Positions 16,290-30,400 of a stretch of 64,000 nucleotides of DNA are shown piece by piece. The notes beneath the pieces are model-generated. The model had not been told where the DNA came from and ran no database searches. It saw only the letters and a list, made by a program, of their open reading frames with translations. Numbering within the stretch: the stretch's first letter is position 1; the number at the start of each line of letters is the position of its first letter. The DNA comes from the human T2T-CHM13v2.0 reference genome, Homo sapiens. The position numbers and the translations under genes are program-made. Location: the NCBI RefSeq assembly GCF_009914755.1, contig NC_060937.1, one strand, 5' to 3'.

Positions 16290-16440
16290 GTGAGAACTGA
16301 CTTTTGAGTTGAGTATTATTCATTGTCTGACTTCAAACAAATTGTTTCATGAGCTACATTTTTTTTTTCGTCTTTAGAGTGACGATAATAGCTACCCACC
16401 CCACAGGATGGCTGAGAGGATGAAATACTTGTAGTCAGCC
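16290..16440 (+). mobile_element. MIR fragment
   Basis: GATAATAGCTACCCACCCCACAGGATGGCTGAGAGGATGAAAT matches the MIR core. Confidence 0.55.
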
Positions 16441-18289
16441 TACTGTAGGTCCTGGATGATCATTCTACATGTTTGTTGAGTGGGTGTAGTTTGACTCATG
16501 GGAACAGAACAACTAGAAATTTTGCTTATGATAGCAACTTCTAAAACAGTGATCTCAAATGCTTCAATTTCAGACTAGCATATTTTACAAAGAAAAGAAC
16601 AAATGTACAGCACTAGAAGCTATATTGAAGTCTCCAATAGTTCATGCATTAAGTAGAAAAAAGAAAAAGTCAGGCTTTGAATGGTCCATTAAACATCTAA
16701 TTTCTTGTATTTATTCTTCTGTGTAAACAATGCTAAAAACAATGATTATAACATAATGACACATAATATGAGCTAAGAAAATTAATTCAGTAGCCATTTT
16801 GGGAGCCAACTGAGTTCACCCTGTTCTCTGCCAACTAGCCACACTTTCCTCTTCCTGTGAATTTCCAGTCAGTCTTTATGCTTCTTAAATCTTTGCACAT
16901 CTGAGTGATCTTTACTATCTCTGCAAGGCAAGGTAACTTGCAATTCCATCATTGACCCTATTGGAGACACACAATGTGGGCCTTCGTTTTGTTGCTGTAT
17001 GAGATAAAGAAGACCTATAAATCAACCAGTAAGGACTGGGACCTGTAGAATTGTGTAATGGCCACAAAAATTGCATTTGTAATGGAAGCCCCTCTATTCT
17101 ACAGGTACGTGGTTCCTTAATTGCCTTGTCTGTAGTTTTGGCATGCATAATAAATAAGAAATTCTTTCTCCTAAAATTGATGTTCCTATTAGTTTTATTT
17201 TGCAGTAGTCATTAGCTACAACTAAAATATAAATATATAAATCAAAATAAGTGTTACATAATGGAGATAATAAAATCTACTACATAAAATGACTTCATAT
17301 AAATATACTGAAGTATATCAGCAGCTAAAATGCTAAACTTCGAACTGGAAAAATATTGCAACAGGGACAAGCAATGTTAAATTATTACCAAACAAAATAG
17401 TGCCACATTAATTTGTTGAAGGTCAAAAACATGAATAGGAAAATGACTGCTATGAGAAATATATTCCAATGGTAGAAAAATGGATTTTCGATGCTGACAA
17501 TTTTGCTGTGAGCCTGGATATCTGATACCACGGTGTGATGGAGAAAAGAAGAGGTGAAAGAAAACTACCAATAGCAATCATTGTGGCAATAAAATTATAG
17601 TAAAAAATGGTCATATAAGTCAGTTAGATTAGACATATGTATGTATACCCATCCAATAAAAAGATTTGAAGTGGCTTGATTGTCTAAATGAGTATACTAA
17701 AATAGTGTCAGGCACACAGTAGGCTCTTAAATATCTGAGGAGAAAAAGAAGGATAAAAGGTAGCAAGGAAGGAAACATGATAAAGGTAGAATTCATCTCA
17801 GATCTATTTGACAAAACTAGTGTTCTTAACTATTAAGTTAGAAAGAAGTAATCTTCAAAGACCCCTCACTGGAGCACATTAAGTGAGCTGATACTGGAGA
17901 TAATTTCAAAAGCCCAGGTAATATTTTCAGAGTCAAAATTAGATTTATACCATAAAAAGATTTTTGAAGATGTTCAAATACCTTTCTTTTATATATGTCT
18001 TTGATCTCTTAAGTTTCCAGGAGCAATAGGATATATACATCTCTAAAGATTATAGATTCAAGTCTAATATAAATATGTTAGTGTTAGAGTAAATGAATAT
18101 TTTAATTAAAAGTTAATAAATAATTTCCTATAGTATCTGTATACAAACATTGTATTTTCTTTACCCCATGTACATCTAACCAAATATTCTCTTATAATTA
18201 TGTATCAACTTAAAACATCTTTGTTAAAATATTTGTCTCTTTTCTAAGAACTATTGGCATATACAACTATTTATTTTGAGATTATTTTC

Positions 18290-18405
18290 TTACTAGGTTG
18301 TTTGAGGCCTAGGATCTAGTGTTATATTCAGTTTTCTATCCTCGATACCTATCATTCTGTCTGGCACCTGGGAAATTGCCAATAAATGCTTGTTAAATAA
18401 GTATA
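18290..18405 (+). mobile_element. L2 3' terminus
   Basis: TGTCTGGCACCTGGGAAATTGCCAATAAATGCTTGTTAAATAA. Confidence 0.6.
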
Positions 18406-18449
18406 TGTCTGTTATCAGCATAAATGCATGTGTAGAAAGTCATTAAACC

Positions 18450-18689
18450 TTGAATGAAGTGCCTAATATTGTCAAATGCTAAGAAATATGGAGTGGGGTA
18501 GTGTGGGAGTATTTGTCAATGGTATGGACATCTTTCTGGGGTGATAAAACTGTTGTACAGTCATTAACACTATCAACTTTAGAACATTTTTATCACCCCA
18601 AAAAGATGTCCTTACCATTGACAAATACTTCCCACCACCACCCCACACTGTACAGCTTAGCATTTAACAATATTAGGCACTTCATTCAA
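18450..18689. repeat. Long inverted repeat (about 100-bp arms, 38-nt loop) inside an L1M 3'-UTR relic
   Basis: Arm 18450-18549 (TTGAATGAAGTGCCTAATATTG...GGGGTGATAAAA) pairs with 18588-18689 (TTTTATCACCCC...CAATATTAGGCACTTCATTCAA). The mirrored ORFs 18472-18663(-) and 18501-18731(+) share YLSMV.TSFWGDK. Confidence 0.95.
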
Positions 18690-20313
18690 AAAGCCATAGA
18701 AACGTACACTTTAAATGAGTGTATCTTATGATAAGCAAATATATGTTTCAAAATTGTTAAAAAGACAATAAGCTCAATAATTGCCACAATAATTTTGACA
18801 ATTCTTCCCCCATCCATGCAAGCTGATGTCAAAAATAACTGAGAACAATCTGAACAGGAGAGGAAGATAGAAGTAACTATGAAAGATTACAGAGGTGGGT
18901 GTCTTCTTAATGCTGAACATGGCGTTATTTCTAGCCACGGTGGTGGTCAGCAACTCTGATCTATAGGCTACAGCCTCTCCAAATTTTATTTCCACTGATA
19001 TCCTTTCATTTATGAAGCTGTAATTCTTACATTAAAGTCTTTACACCCATTTTTGAAAATGCTATGAGAGCTACTAAACTTTACCATAAAATGAGGAATG
19101 CCTCACATTTGTCACAAATAGAAACCATGAAATGGTAATTTTTGAATTCCAGACAACAAAACATTGTAAATAGATTATGTCTGAAAAATGCTTTAGCTTA
19201 CTACAACAAATTTTAAAAAGCAAATCAAAGTTTTAAAACTTTAAAACTTTATTGTCACTGGCAACTCAGTATCATTCTATGGATGAGCTAAAATAAGCCT
19301 TAAGATAGCATAATTATTAAACCAGACCATATTTTGCTATGTGAAGGTTTCTTGCAATACTGGGTAGTGAATAATAAGGAGATTAACATTAAACACACCA
19401 TCTGTTGTGCGTTTTTTGTCTCAAAGAAGATGCACAGCAAAAGTGAATTCCCTGAAGTACAATGTTATCAGAGATGCTTTTAATTATAGTATTTATTCCT
19501 TTTCCTCACAAGAACAAACTTACATTGGAAGGGAGAATGCAGACAAAAGATGGGTAAAAGGAAGGACGTTACTTCAAACTTAAAAACAAAAAGTTTTCTT
19601 CATGAAGCAGAATCATTTAATTACTCTAAGATTTCCTGAAAGGATTTCAATTTCATCCACAAAAATTGAATTATATCCATGTGTGCCCAAGAAATGAAGT
19701 GTGCCAGGTGCTGCTGTAAAAACAAGCAACTCAATGGCAGTCCCCATTTCTTTCTTCAGTTTCTTTGTGGTTCAATTGCCTACCACTGGAAGCTGTGCCT
19801 CAGAGATCTACATAATAATACAAAACTTATACCGTCCACCAGTCATCCTATTTAGATCTTGAAAAATGTACCTCATCTAGTCAGCATAATGACTATTCAT
19901 ATGGATATGGAACACAGGATCTGCTAATCTATTTCTCTTCACGTCTTTGTCCCTTTTCAGTTTAGAACTTAAATCTTCCTCTGGAAAGCCAATGAGAATC
20001 CCATACTTCATGATATCATTCTGGGTAATGTCTTGAGACCAAAGTGTATATCATTACACACCTAACCTATCATAATGAGATAGAAAAGTACTCTTATTTT
20101 TATTAAGAAGGACAGAAATTGCATTCTGTTCTCTTAAAAAATAATAATTTTGGCTTACCTTTGGAATTTCACACTGTTATATTCCATATTAGAAGAATAG
20201 ATTATGTCTTTACTAGATAGCACCCATGCTAAGAATAATCTGGATAAGGTAAAATGTTGTTAAGTCATTTAAGCAATTATCCTGATATTTCACTCATCTC
20301 AAAAAGCTATTCA

Positions 20314-20649
<336 letters not shown>

Positions 20650-21309
20650 TTAACGAGTTGACTGATATTGCTACTTCAAGAGAGCCTTGTTCTTTTAACA
20701 TTTCTTTATATGAAAGATATCCTTGTGTGAACTCCTACATTCAGTGTAATTACTTTAGATTATATTTCATAAGCATTTCCAATGCTGAAGGTACTATGAA
20801 GTCCAGTGTCTTGTCAGACTATGACTCTTTGGTCAACACTACCTAAATAGTATGGAGGGATAAACAATAAATAGACAACTACATTTGAAATCGTGAATAT
20901 AAATCCTCTATTTACTCTCCACCCAAACACATGATTATCTCTCATCTGGTTTAGATTCCTCCTTTTATCTGAACCCCTCTACCACGTTTAGTAGTCTTTT
21001 AGACCTCATTTACATTTTGTCCTCTGCTAAATAAGATCCACACATGGGCATAAGAATGCTCTTGAAATTGTATGTGCATGCTTTTTTTTTTTTTTTAATG
21101 CATTGGTTCATTTTGGCGTCATGAACTATTTGCATAATGTGATTAAAGAAATGAATATCCTCTTCAGGAAAAAAATGCATATATACATTTAATAAAATAA
21201 ATAAATGCATAAAGGTCATCCGCCTACAACATCATGTTCATTTTAACTTACTCGATTATAATTTCTTACCACTTGATTATCTACTCAATGTTTAAGAATA
21301 AAACTCTTA

Positions 21310-21603
21310 GGCTGGGCATGGTGGCTCACGCCTGTAATCCCAGCACTTCAGGAGGCTGAGGCAGGTGGATCACGAGGTCAGGAGATTGAGATCATCCTGG
21401 CTAACACAGTGAAAACCTGTCTCTACTAAAAATACAAAAAATTGGCTGGGCTTGGGGGGACGCGCCTATAGTCCCAGCTACTCGGGAGGCTGAGGTAGGA
21501 GAGCCACTTGAATTCCGGCGGGGCGGAAGTTACAGTGCGCTGAGATCCCGCCACTGTACTCCAGTCTGGGTGACAGAGTGAGACTCCCTCTCAAAAAAAA
21601 AAA
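21310..21603 (+). mobile_element. AluSc/Y-like
   Basis: GGATCACGAGGTCAGGAGAT..AGATCATCCTGGCTAACAC diagnostics. 15-bp TSD AAGAATAAAACTCTT at 21294-21308 and 21604-21618. Confidence 0.93.
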
Positions 21604-22679
21604 AAGAATAAAACTCTTTGAAATAGTTTGTTATTTCTTGTTCTATTTAATCATGTTCTCTGTTTAGCAAGAAATTATGCTGTTTAGGTAAGAAATACTC
21701 CACGGAAAAGCGTAAGAATGCTACTTCCACTGTGAAACAAACATAATTTTTGTAAGAAGATTTTTTGTTTCTTCATTTTATGGAACAGAGAAATATAACT
21801 TCTTGCTAACTGTTCCAAGAGTTTAAAATGGTGGCCAACAGAAATACTATCATTATCATTTTTTTAATCTGCAGCTCACTACATGTAGGTTATACAGATG
21901 TTGTGAGCTGATGTTACCATTTACATAGTCAAACTATAATTTGGCCTTTCCTGCTTTGTGTATGTTTTCTCTCATGTAAAAAGCCCAAAACCTACGCCTC
22001 ACAAGTAAGATTACATCCAAACCCATTGCAGACACTTTGATTGTTTGAGAGAACCCAGTCAGGTAGTATGTTGTGTTGTGTTTGATTTGAGTCAATGGCT
22101 TTGCAAGGAACTAAAAACATCTGGCTAATTTTTTAGTTTATCAAAGGATTGTGATTCGGTTATTAGATACAGTAGAAACTTGTGGTTAAGGAAAAGGGAT
22201 ACCCTCACTTTATGATCTATATCTTACAAGTTTTATATCATATTAATAGAACGCACTGAATCACAGTGCAATATCTCAAAGCAATCCGAATAAAATATAT
22301 ACTCAACGGAATGATTTTTGAGTACAGAATTAATCATTGAGTACAGAATTTCTCACAAAAGCACCAATTCCAAGATTGACACTAAATATTACTGCTAACA
22401 ACAACCTAGGCATTTTATTTTGCTTACAAGTTTCCTAAAGTTGCTAAAATATTGAACAAAGTCGATAAACATTAGATATTGTCACCGTGCAATCCTTAAA
22501 TAAGTGATTCATTTAAGTTTCAGTTACTTCAAGATCAATGGATTCATTATGCCGCTATAACATTTATTTAAACCCAAATATATATTTTTCTAGATCATTT
22601 CGAACTCTGGAAAAATATAATTTAAATACTTTTACAGTAGTCTTCATCATATTAAAGCCTGTCAAAATATGTGACTAGT

Positions 22680-23060
22680 AATTCAAACAGCATTTATTTA
22701 ACTCCAAATATATACAAGGAATGGTAGTTGATAGAGGAAGGAATGAAATATAGTTACTGGCCTGTAGAGGCTCACGATGGAAATGGGAGGCAGTTTTTTA
22801 AGTGCTAAGAAGCACCTATCTTAAGAATATGAGGTGAAGAGTTTAATTGAAACTAGCAATAAGCAAAGAACAGTGCGAAAAGAAGGTGGTATTTAAAATG
22901 TAGATTTAAAAAAATCTGTTATGTAAGGAAAGTGATACGGTCATCCCAGTTACAGAAAATTGTTTGTAGAAAGGCATATGATTAGAAAAACAAAGGCATA
23001 TGATTGGGGGTAGGGGGTAGGATAGAATTAGAAATTTGAGGGACTGAGGTATGGGGGTTC
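22680..23060 (-). mobile_element. L2 relic
   Basis: TTCAAACAGCATTTATT...CCTGTAGAGGCTCACGATGGAAATGGGAGGCAG resembles the antisense L2 3' end. Confidence 0.45.
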
Positions 23061-24419
23061 ATATTCAGAGAGTGCACCAAGAACTACAAAATATTGAGTA
23101 GGAAATTTGATGGTAAGAAAGTGCTGTTAAGATATCATAGGCATGTGACCTGTGGTGCATGCATTTATTTATTTTATTAAATGCATATATGCATTATTTT
23201 TCTGAAGAGAATTTTTATTTCCTGTATGAGACACATAAAAATAGAAAATTCTCTTTGTACTATATAAAGTTTTGATTATCTGTGAGAAATTGAAACTAGT
23301 TAGGTAGTTTTTCAATATAGCTAGTACCTTTACCATCCCCCCCAAAAAATCTGACGCAATTAAAATTAATGTAAAGGTATATCTCCCCTTATTTTTAACA
23401 GATTCTTATCTCTGCATTCCTGAGCAAACCTCCTGAATAAGTGAGATTCATCAAGTCTCCTTCTTGCCTTATCAATCTATTTTTTTAAAGTAAAATATGT
23501 TGCTTTAAAAATATTATATCTCTTCATTTAAGAACTTAAAAAATATTTCAGCAATCAGATCCCTTAACGCATTCCCCAGTATTCATTATTTTATCTTAAA
23601 AATAGTTGCATTGTCATAAAATGAAAATCTAATGACACTAACACTAGGCAGAAAACTTGATGATAACCTCACTTATTCTGTCAGAGAACCTCAGGAGTGG
23701 CCTGTGATGACACTGGTCTTTTTCTTTCTTTCTTTCTTTTCTTCTCTTTTAAAGGACTAGCAATTACATTGGACTGTATTGCGGTGTGCAGAGGTGAACA
23801 AATGATCTTAGAATAAGAATATATGACCAACAAATTCAGTTTCAGTTTTGACCTAAGACAAAGAGACAAAAAGTGGTCTTTTGTGGTCAACCCTCTGCAT
23901 TTCAAGCAGAGCCCATTAAATGAGTGATTTATCTTGGGTCAAGACTATTGGGTTAGCACATTATATCTCTGTGAGATAAGCTTGCTCCATTTCAACCCAC
24001 ATCAAACAAAGACCTTATTTAAAAGTTCTAGCTATGAGACAGGAGCAAGGGAAAGCATTCACAACTGAGAGTGAGAGGATACCCTTGTTAACTAAATGAT
24101 GGCTTAATAGCTTTATTTAGATTATTCAATAGATTCAGGGAGAAATGAGTATAAATAAATTAAAAGTAGGGAAAGTATCAGCATAATGACAGATTAATGA
24201 CACAATATTTGCAAAACAAAATAATCAGTGATCCAAAGTAATGCTATATAATAGATGCACACATAGAGAGAGAGATACATTAAATAAAATTTAAAATTTA
24301 GAAATTAATTATAGATTGTTTATTTTAATTGATTCTAATTTTCAATCCAAGCAATGGTTTTTTGAAGAAAGTAATGATGTGACATTATATGCATTCCTGA
24401 GAAAAGATCTAAGTGTGCA

Positions 24420-24710
24420 CCTATTTGCCTTTGCAGCAAGATCAGATGAGATCTGGGCTCAGCTGTTATGGCTAGAATGGTTGGGGCGCTCTTCCTCCAG
24501 GAGGCTAGCCCAGGCTGCTTGGTACAGAAGTCTCAAGGTTCACAGCAACAAACAGAGCAAAATCCAATGTAAAAACACTTTTCAAACCTCTGCTGACACC
24601 ACATTTGTTAACACATAATTGGCCCGAGGAAGGGAAATGACACTCCTAGATAGATTGTGTGGTGAAATATATTTCACCACTAGACAAGAGGAGTTGCAAA
24701 CTACTGACAC
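24420..24710 (-). mobile_element. MLT1 (J/I/K-like) LTR fragment
   Basis: CTCCAGGAGGCTAGCCCAGGCT...CCAATGTAAAAACACTTTTCAAACCTCTGCTGACACCACATTTGTTAACACATAATTGGCC. Confidence 0.65.
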
Positions 24711-25005
24711 ATCAAAAAACCCTACTGTAATACTATTATTACACAATATGCTCATGACTTAAAATTTTAGGTGGCAAACGTGGAAATAAATTCAAAGTTC
24801 CTGGTTAACATAATCTGTTATTTCTAAAAATAGATTTTAAACAACCTCTCATCTCATCATGAGTATCAACACTTTTGTTGTTGTAAAAGTAAGTAGATTT
24901 TATTGACTGAAACACTACTAATTCCCTGACCATATGAATGTAACTTATTAGCAGGAAAAATGAAAATAAAATTAATATATTATCACTGCGAGTACGGCAC
25001 CCGTC

Positions 25006-25305
25006 AGCTGGGCACGGTAATACCAGCACTTTAGGAGGCCAAAGCAAGAAGATCACTTGAGCCCATGAGTTCCAGACGAGCCTGGGCAACATAGTGAGAC
25101 CTTGTCTCTACAAAAAATATTTGAAAATTAGCTGGGCATGGTGGCAAAAAACTCTAGTCCCAACTACTCAGGAGACTGAAGTAAGAGGATCCCTTGAGCC
25201 CACAGGGTTGAGGCTACAGTGAGACATGATTGGACCACTGTACTCCACTGTGGGAAACAGAGTGAGACCCTGTCTCAAACAAAACAAAACAAAACAAAAC
25301 AAAAA
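25006..25305 (+). mobile_element. AluJo-like
   Basis: GATCACTTGAGCCCATGAGTT, GGGCAACATAGTGAGACC, GAGGCTACAGTGAG; (CAAAA)n tail. Confidence 0.9.
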
Positions 25306-27257
25306 GACTATGGTATAAATCAAGTCTTTGGTTGACACAAACATACAAACAAAAAGAACATCATATTAAATAGAAAAAAAAAGATCTTAGATCTCATCTT
25401 CATTAGCTACCATCTTCTGAGCAATTATATAAGGAAAATCTGAAGGCAATGTTGTGTTAGCACTCTAAAGGTAAACCACCTTCAGTAACCATGAAATTTA
25501 TTTAGCTGCTGTCATCACTACATGCTTCCAGCTAGGAGAACATCAATGTCTGTTTTCAGAGCTCTCAACCCCAGTTATTTATCAGAATTGGCAGATGGAT
25601 GGCCTAGTGCTATGTGAAAGTAGCTGCCTGAAAATACAGTACTCTGTGTGTATGTGGGGTTCAGGTTTCTAAGATCGTCAGAGGTAGACTTCCTGAATCA
25701 CTTCCTAAATGATCTTTTTTCATGGGAATGAATGGTTCAGCAATACAACAGAAGTGAACTTGCAGGATTATTAAAAAAAAAAAAAGAAAGTTTTGGAGAT
25801 TATAAAATCATTCATGAAACAAACTTTCAAACCAAATAAAATATTGCCCAAAGAATCAAGAATGCTAAACAGGTAGAGGATAATAATTCATGAACTTTCA
25901 CATCTTTAGTGGACCTCATGCTTTTGGTTGAATGTCGCTCACCTCTAAGATATCTCTGCTGCTCCCTCCCTCTTGCAGCTATCTTGTTCTTTGATATTCT
26001 GGGAGACTGGGTAAAGGAAGAGAAAAACTGACCATAACCTCTTCACTTTTTCTTTACAATAACTTTGTAAAAAATCATTTCTAGCTTGACAGAATTTCCC
26101 TGTGGCATTGGGCCACCTTCACATAGACATCTATAATTTTTCTCCTGCTTGAAACAATCTCCTACATGCCACTCTTGTTAATGACGGAGATACCCCCTGA
26201 TGGTGCTTAACATTTAATAGTGCTAGAGCTCCAGATTTACCCAAACAACCTTTTCCATTTACCTTACCTCAAAGGCCTTCTAATTTTTCTTCAGAGACAG
26301 AAATCCTTTAAGACCATTGTATCCTTAGGCTACAAATTTACTGAGATTTAGGTTTCCAATAAGAGCGTTGAGATGAATGCCACCATCTCATTTATGAATC
26401 AATTTTTGCCCATCGGCTTTTTACTGTTATTACTTTTTATTTTATTTTGCACTCAAAGGAGAGAACGTCATATATATATATATATGTATGTATATACACA
26501 CACACACATATATATGCACACTTCATATGTTTAAACTTTTGAAAATTTACATAAAATTAAAATCAGTGCACAAGGAAATTTCTAAATAATTTTTTTTCCC
26601 TACAATCTATTATACCTTGTCATTCATTTCTATGTTCACTGGAGAAAGGCATTCAGGATAAAATTCCTGAGGATTACATTTAGAGCTGTTAAACAAGTTC
26701 TTTTCTTGAAGATAATTCATGAAATGCAATATAGCTGACAGTATGATATATGCCATGTAATTGCATGGCTTGGGGTTCTAATGCAGACAGTGTGTTGAAG
26801 TTAAAAAAAAAAACTACAGATAAAAATTCCATTTTTTCAGGGGAATTACAACTCCATTATTACGAGAACTTTTTAAAAATTTCATTTTTTTACAAAAAAA
26901 GAACAGAAAAAAGTGAAGTTTTAAGTTCCTTAGTAATCAATATTTCTGAAGGATTTCCCATTTTCCCTTTGACTTTTGTTGTTTTCAGATGTATATGTTA
27001 TATAAAATGTTCCCTTTTACCTAAGCCAAAATGTTGCTTTAGTCGTTGGTTATCTCTCAACTAGTTCCAAAAGAAAATTAAATATGTCCTATTCTTTAAA
27101 CCCAACTAATTGAAGAGTTACTGTATGTATGCCTTATAAATAAAATGTTTCCGTACCTACATAACTTCTAATCATGCTTATATTTACAGATTAGAAAGAG
27201 CCACTGTACTTGAAAGAAAGCAATCATCTCTGAGAGCTCTTCAATTACAACGAAATT

Positions 27258-27482
27258 GTCAGCTAGATAGAAGGAATTAATACTAGTGTTTGATACCACC
27301 TTACGATGACTATAGGTAACAAAAATACATCATTTAGTTTAATATAGCTTGAAGGAGGATATATTTATGATGATGAATATGCTAATTACCCCGATCTGAT
27401 CATTCTATTTTATATGTAGCAAAACCTTGCCCTGTACTCAGTAAATATACACAATTATTGTGGATCAGTAAAGAAAATAAAA
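27258..27482 (+). mobile_element. L1MA 3' terminus
   Basis: CTAGATAGAAGGAAT, ATATGCTAATTACCCCGATCTGATCATT, TAAATATACACAATTATT and an A-rich tail. Confidence 0.8.
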
Positions 27483-30400
27483 TGCAATTAGAAAGTATAG
27501 AGCGGAATCTCATGAATATTAAAATATTAATTACAAAATAGCTATATGGGATAGTCATATAAGATGGCATAACTTGAAAACCAGAGTTCCATTGATTCCC
27601 TCAAGGCTCCTAAGTGCCTGGGAGTTATTTGGAGAGGTAGGGATGCTGGTGATGTGGGAGCAGCGATGAATCCTTCCAGGGTGGGCAACAGGCTGAACTC
27701 TGGCTCTCTTATCCTATTTTCAACTATAACAGCTGTTTTATATTCCAAATAATACTGCAGTTGATTGAAAAGTCCTCTAATTTAAGAAATTAAGAGTTTG
27801 AGAATACATATTATAGTTAAATGAAATAACTTTATATCTGGTGAGATTGTGATTGCAGAAATTTCACACAGATATTAATAAGAAGAAATTTTTTCTTTTA
27901 AATATTAGTATTCAAATTATTCCATGTGGTTCTATAAAAGTATAATTTTTTAAAAGTATGATTTAATGAGAAGGCAGAATCCAATATATTATGTCATGTC
28001 ATGAACCCATTGGCTGCCTTATTGGCCAAAATAAAAGCAGAGTGTTATGGATTTTGTGCACACAAAGTTTCATCATCTAATGGGAAAAATACGGAGAACC
28101 CTAACAAAATTAATTCTCAGTCTGTTCCCATAGATATCATGTAAATTTGTTTCATGTTGTTTTAAGGTTTCCTATTTTTATGCATTTATATAGGTTAGTA
28201 TGATTTAAACTAACGAATCAACCAAACAAAATTGATGGCAATTGTATTCCAGAGTGATAATTTAAGTACCATGAGATAATGTTCATATTGAGGCTTTGAT
28301 AAGAAATTCTTAAGTTTATAAAAAGCTCTTAACATGATTAATAACTCCAACTAATATTCTAAATATATTAAATATAATAAACATGAGACAAAGTCTTTTT
28401 CAAAGTTATCTAAGTTCATGTTAAACTATGAATTGGTTGGTACACAACCAAATGAAAATTAGATTCTGCATATAAAATAATAACTTTCTGGGACAAAAAA
28501 TCCACATGCTATTTAGCAGGGAATGAAGGTCCTTTCAAGGAAATATAGATCTAATCTGTGTTTACCATTTTCAGAAAATGACTGGAAGTTAAGCTAATTG
28601 TAACATAACACTGTTTGTTGAAACTTGTTCTCAGTGTTTGCTTTTGATATTTATTGCACAGGTATAGTATAGGTTGAAAACAATGTTTCTTAAAATTCAC
28701 TTTTCTAGCTCACACTCAGAAATCCTAAAACTAAGTACAAAAGAGTAAGTGCACGTCTTTAACTCCCTAGACTTAAAAAATTTGTATTTTCTTTATATAT
28801 AGCTCTATTTCTCCATTTACATCCTCATATTGATTTATTCTCTTCTTTCATTAAATATATAACAATAGCATATATAATTTAACACAAAGTTTTCTTTCTT
28901 TTAAATATCAGTATCCAAATAAACCCAAAACATGTGGTTCTGTAAAAATATGATTTTAAAAGAAATATAGAATTACAACAAGACTCTAGACAATCTTTAC
29001 TTGATGTTTAAAAATATGTACTTCACTTCTTTATTATTTAATGTTTCAAGTTAATGTTAGTCTATAATAACAAAACAGAAGTTTGTTTTCTATATTTGTT
29101 TCAGTTAAAACGTTCTATGGGAATTTTGTATTTATGTCCCAAAGGAGGCATCAATTCATAATTCAATTTTTGTCTTTGAATAATTTTGATATTAGACCTA
29201 GTTTATTGTTTTGCACATAATAAACCAGTGATATATTGGTTTACACAGAATCTCATACACTTTATGCAGCTGTTTTCATGCCAATATTTTGTAAATACAT
29301 GATCTAAATAAAATATATTTCTCATTCAAATCTGGATTTTTCTAATACTGCATTTATCTTAAGATAAATCACATTAAAGGTATAGCAGTATGGAAAATAA
29401 AGCCAATATAAACCAAAATTTACACATAGATGGTAACTATCTAAAAAAAAACAAAAAAAAAAGCTAAGAGCAAAAATCTCACTTTAGGAGTCTTATCAAG
29501 TAGTGTGATTTACTGCAATACAGAAAGCAGCCAAATTAAACAGAAATCAATTAGCATGTAACAAGTAATGATCAGCTATGATTTAAGCTTCAAGGAAAGA
29601 TGAGTTGACTCAGACAGAATAACAATTGGCCTAGAACATATTTTAATTTGTAATTATCTGACAACAATGAATTTTGAATAAGCCATTAAAAAAAACCTCT
29701 GCAATGCTTATAGGATTTAAAATACTGAAATAGTATAAAATTCTAAGAGTTTAGTTATCTTAATATAAAGTGTTGCAGGTTGGGAGGGGGGGCTCATTCT
29801 GCAAGGAAAACAAGATGATAAAATAATTTAGAATATTAAATTATCTGCATAATTTAAACATTACATTATAACATTACAAGTAAACAAAGTGTGTTCTCAT
29901 GATTAATCTTGATAGAAAAGTATCCACTGAAAATATGACAAGAAAGAAAGAAAATTGAAAACATCTGCTGCTTATGTGAGGTCAACTATTTAATGAATTC
30001 TACATCACCCAGAGAGACTTTCAGGGGGTATAAATGTGATGTGAGCCTCTCTGTAGTAGTACTTATCAATATAATGAAATACAAATAAATACAATAAGAT
30101 AGAGGCCTTTTTTATAACCTGAAAGTGATTGGACTAAATTCATCATTAAGAAAAGGCAAGGTTCAATCAACCAAGCAGTGCTTTGTGTTCAACAAAACAA
30201 CAACAAAAAAATAGAACACAATTTCGGTTAACTAGAATTCTGGGCAGGATACATGATCAATCCCCTGCCCTTGTTAACTCAGAGATCAGTATCAAGCTTC
30301 CAATGATGGGGGGAAGAAAGGAAGAAAGGGTCTAAAATATTCTATTTAATGCTTTCCTGCCTCAATATTTAATAGTTAATTGATGGTTCAGAACTTTTCA

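Larger units (their letters stand above)
21148..23221. repeat. 63-bp inverted paired duplication (21148-21210 and 23159-23221)
   Basis: GAAATGAATATCCTCTTCAGGAAAAAAATGCATATATACATTTAATAAAATAAATAAATGCAT versus the reverse complement of 23159-23221: 57/63 identical, no gaps. Confidence 0.85.

Noticed and set aside
21082-21096. Isolated poly-T or poly-A runs (also near 14049, 25773, 32964, 54457) as possible retrocopy tails
   Set aside because: I found no flanking TSD or upstream poly(A) signal, unlike the 34851 case.
26260-26340. Possible minus-strand exon (TTTGTAG acceptor, GAG/GTAAGG donor)
   Set aside because: Stops occur in all three frames. A lncRNA exon cannot be supported from sequence alone.
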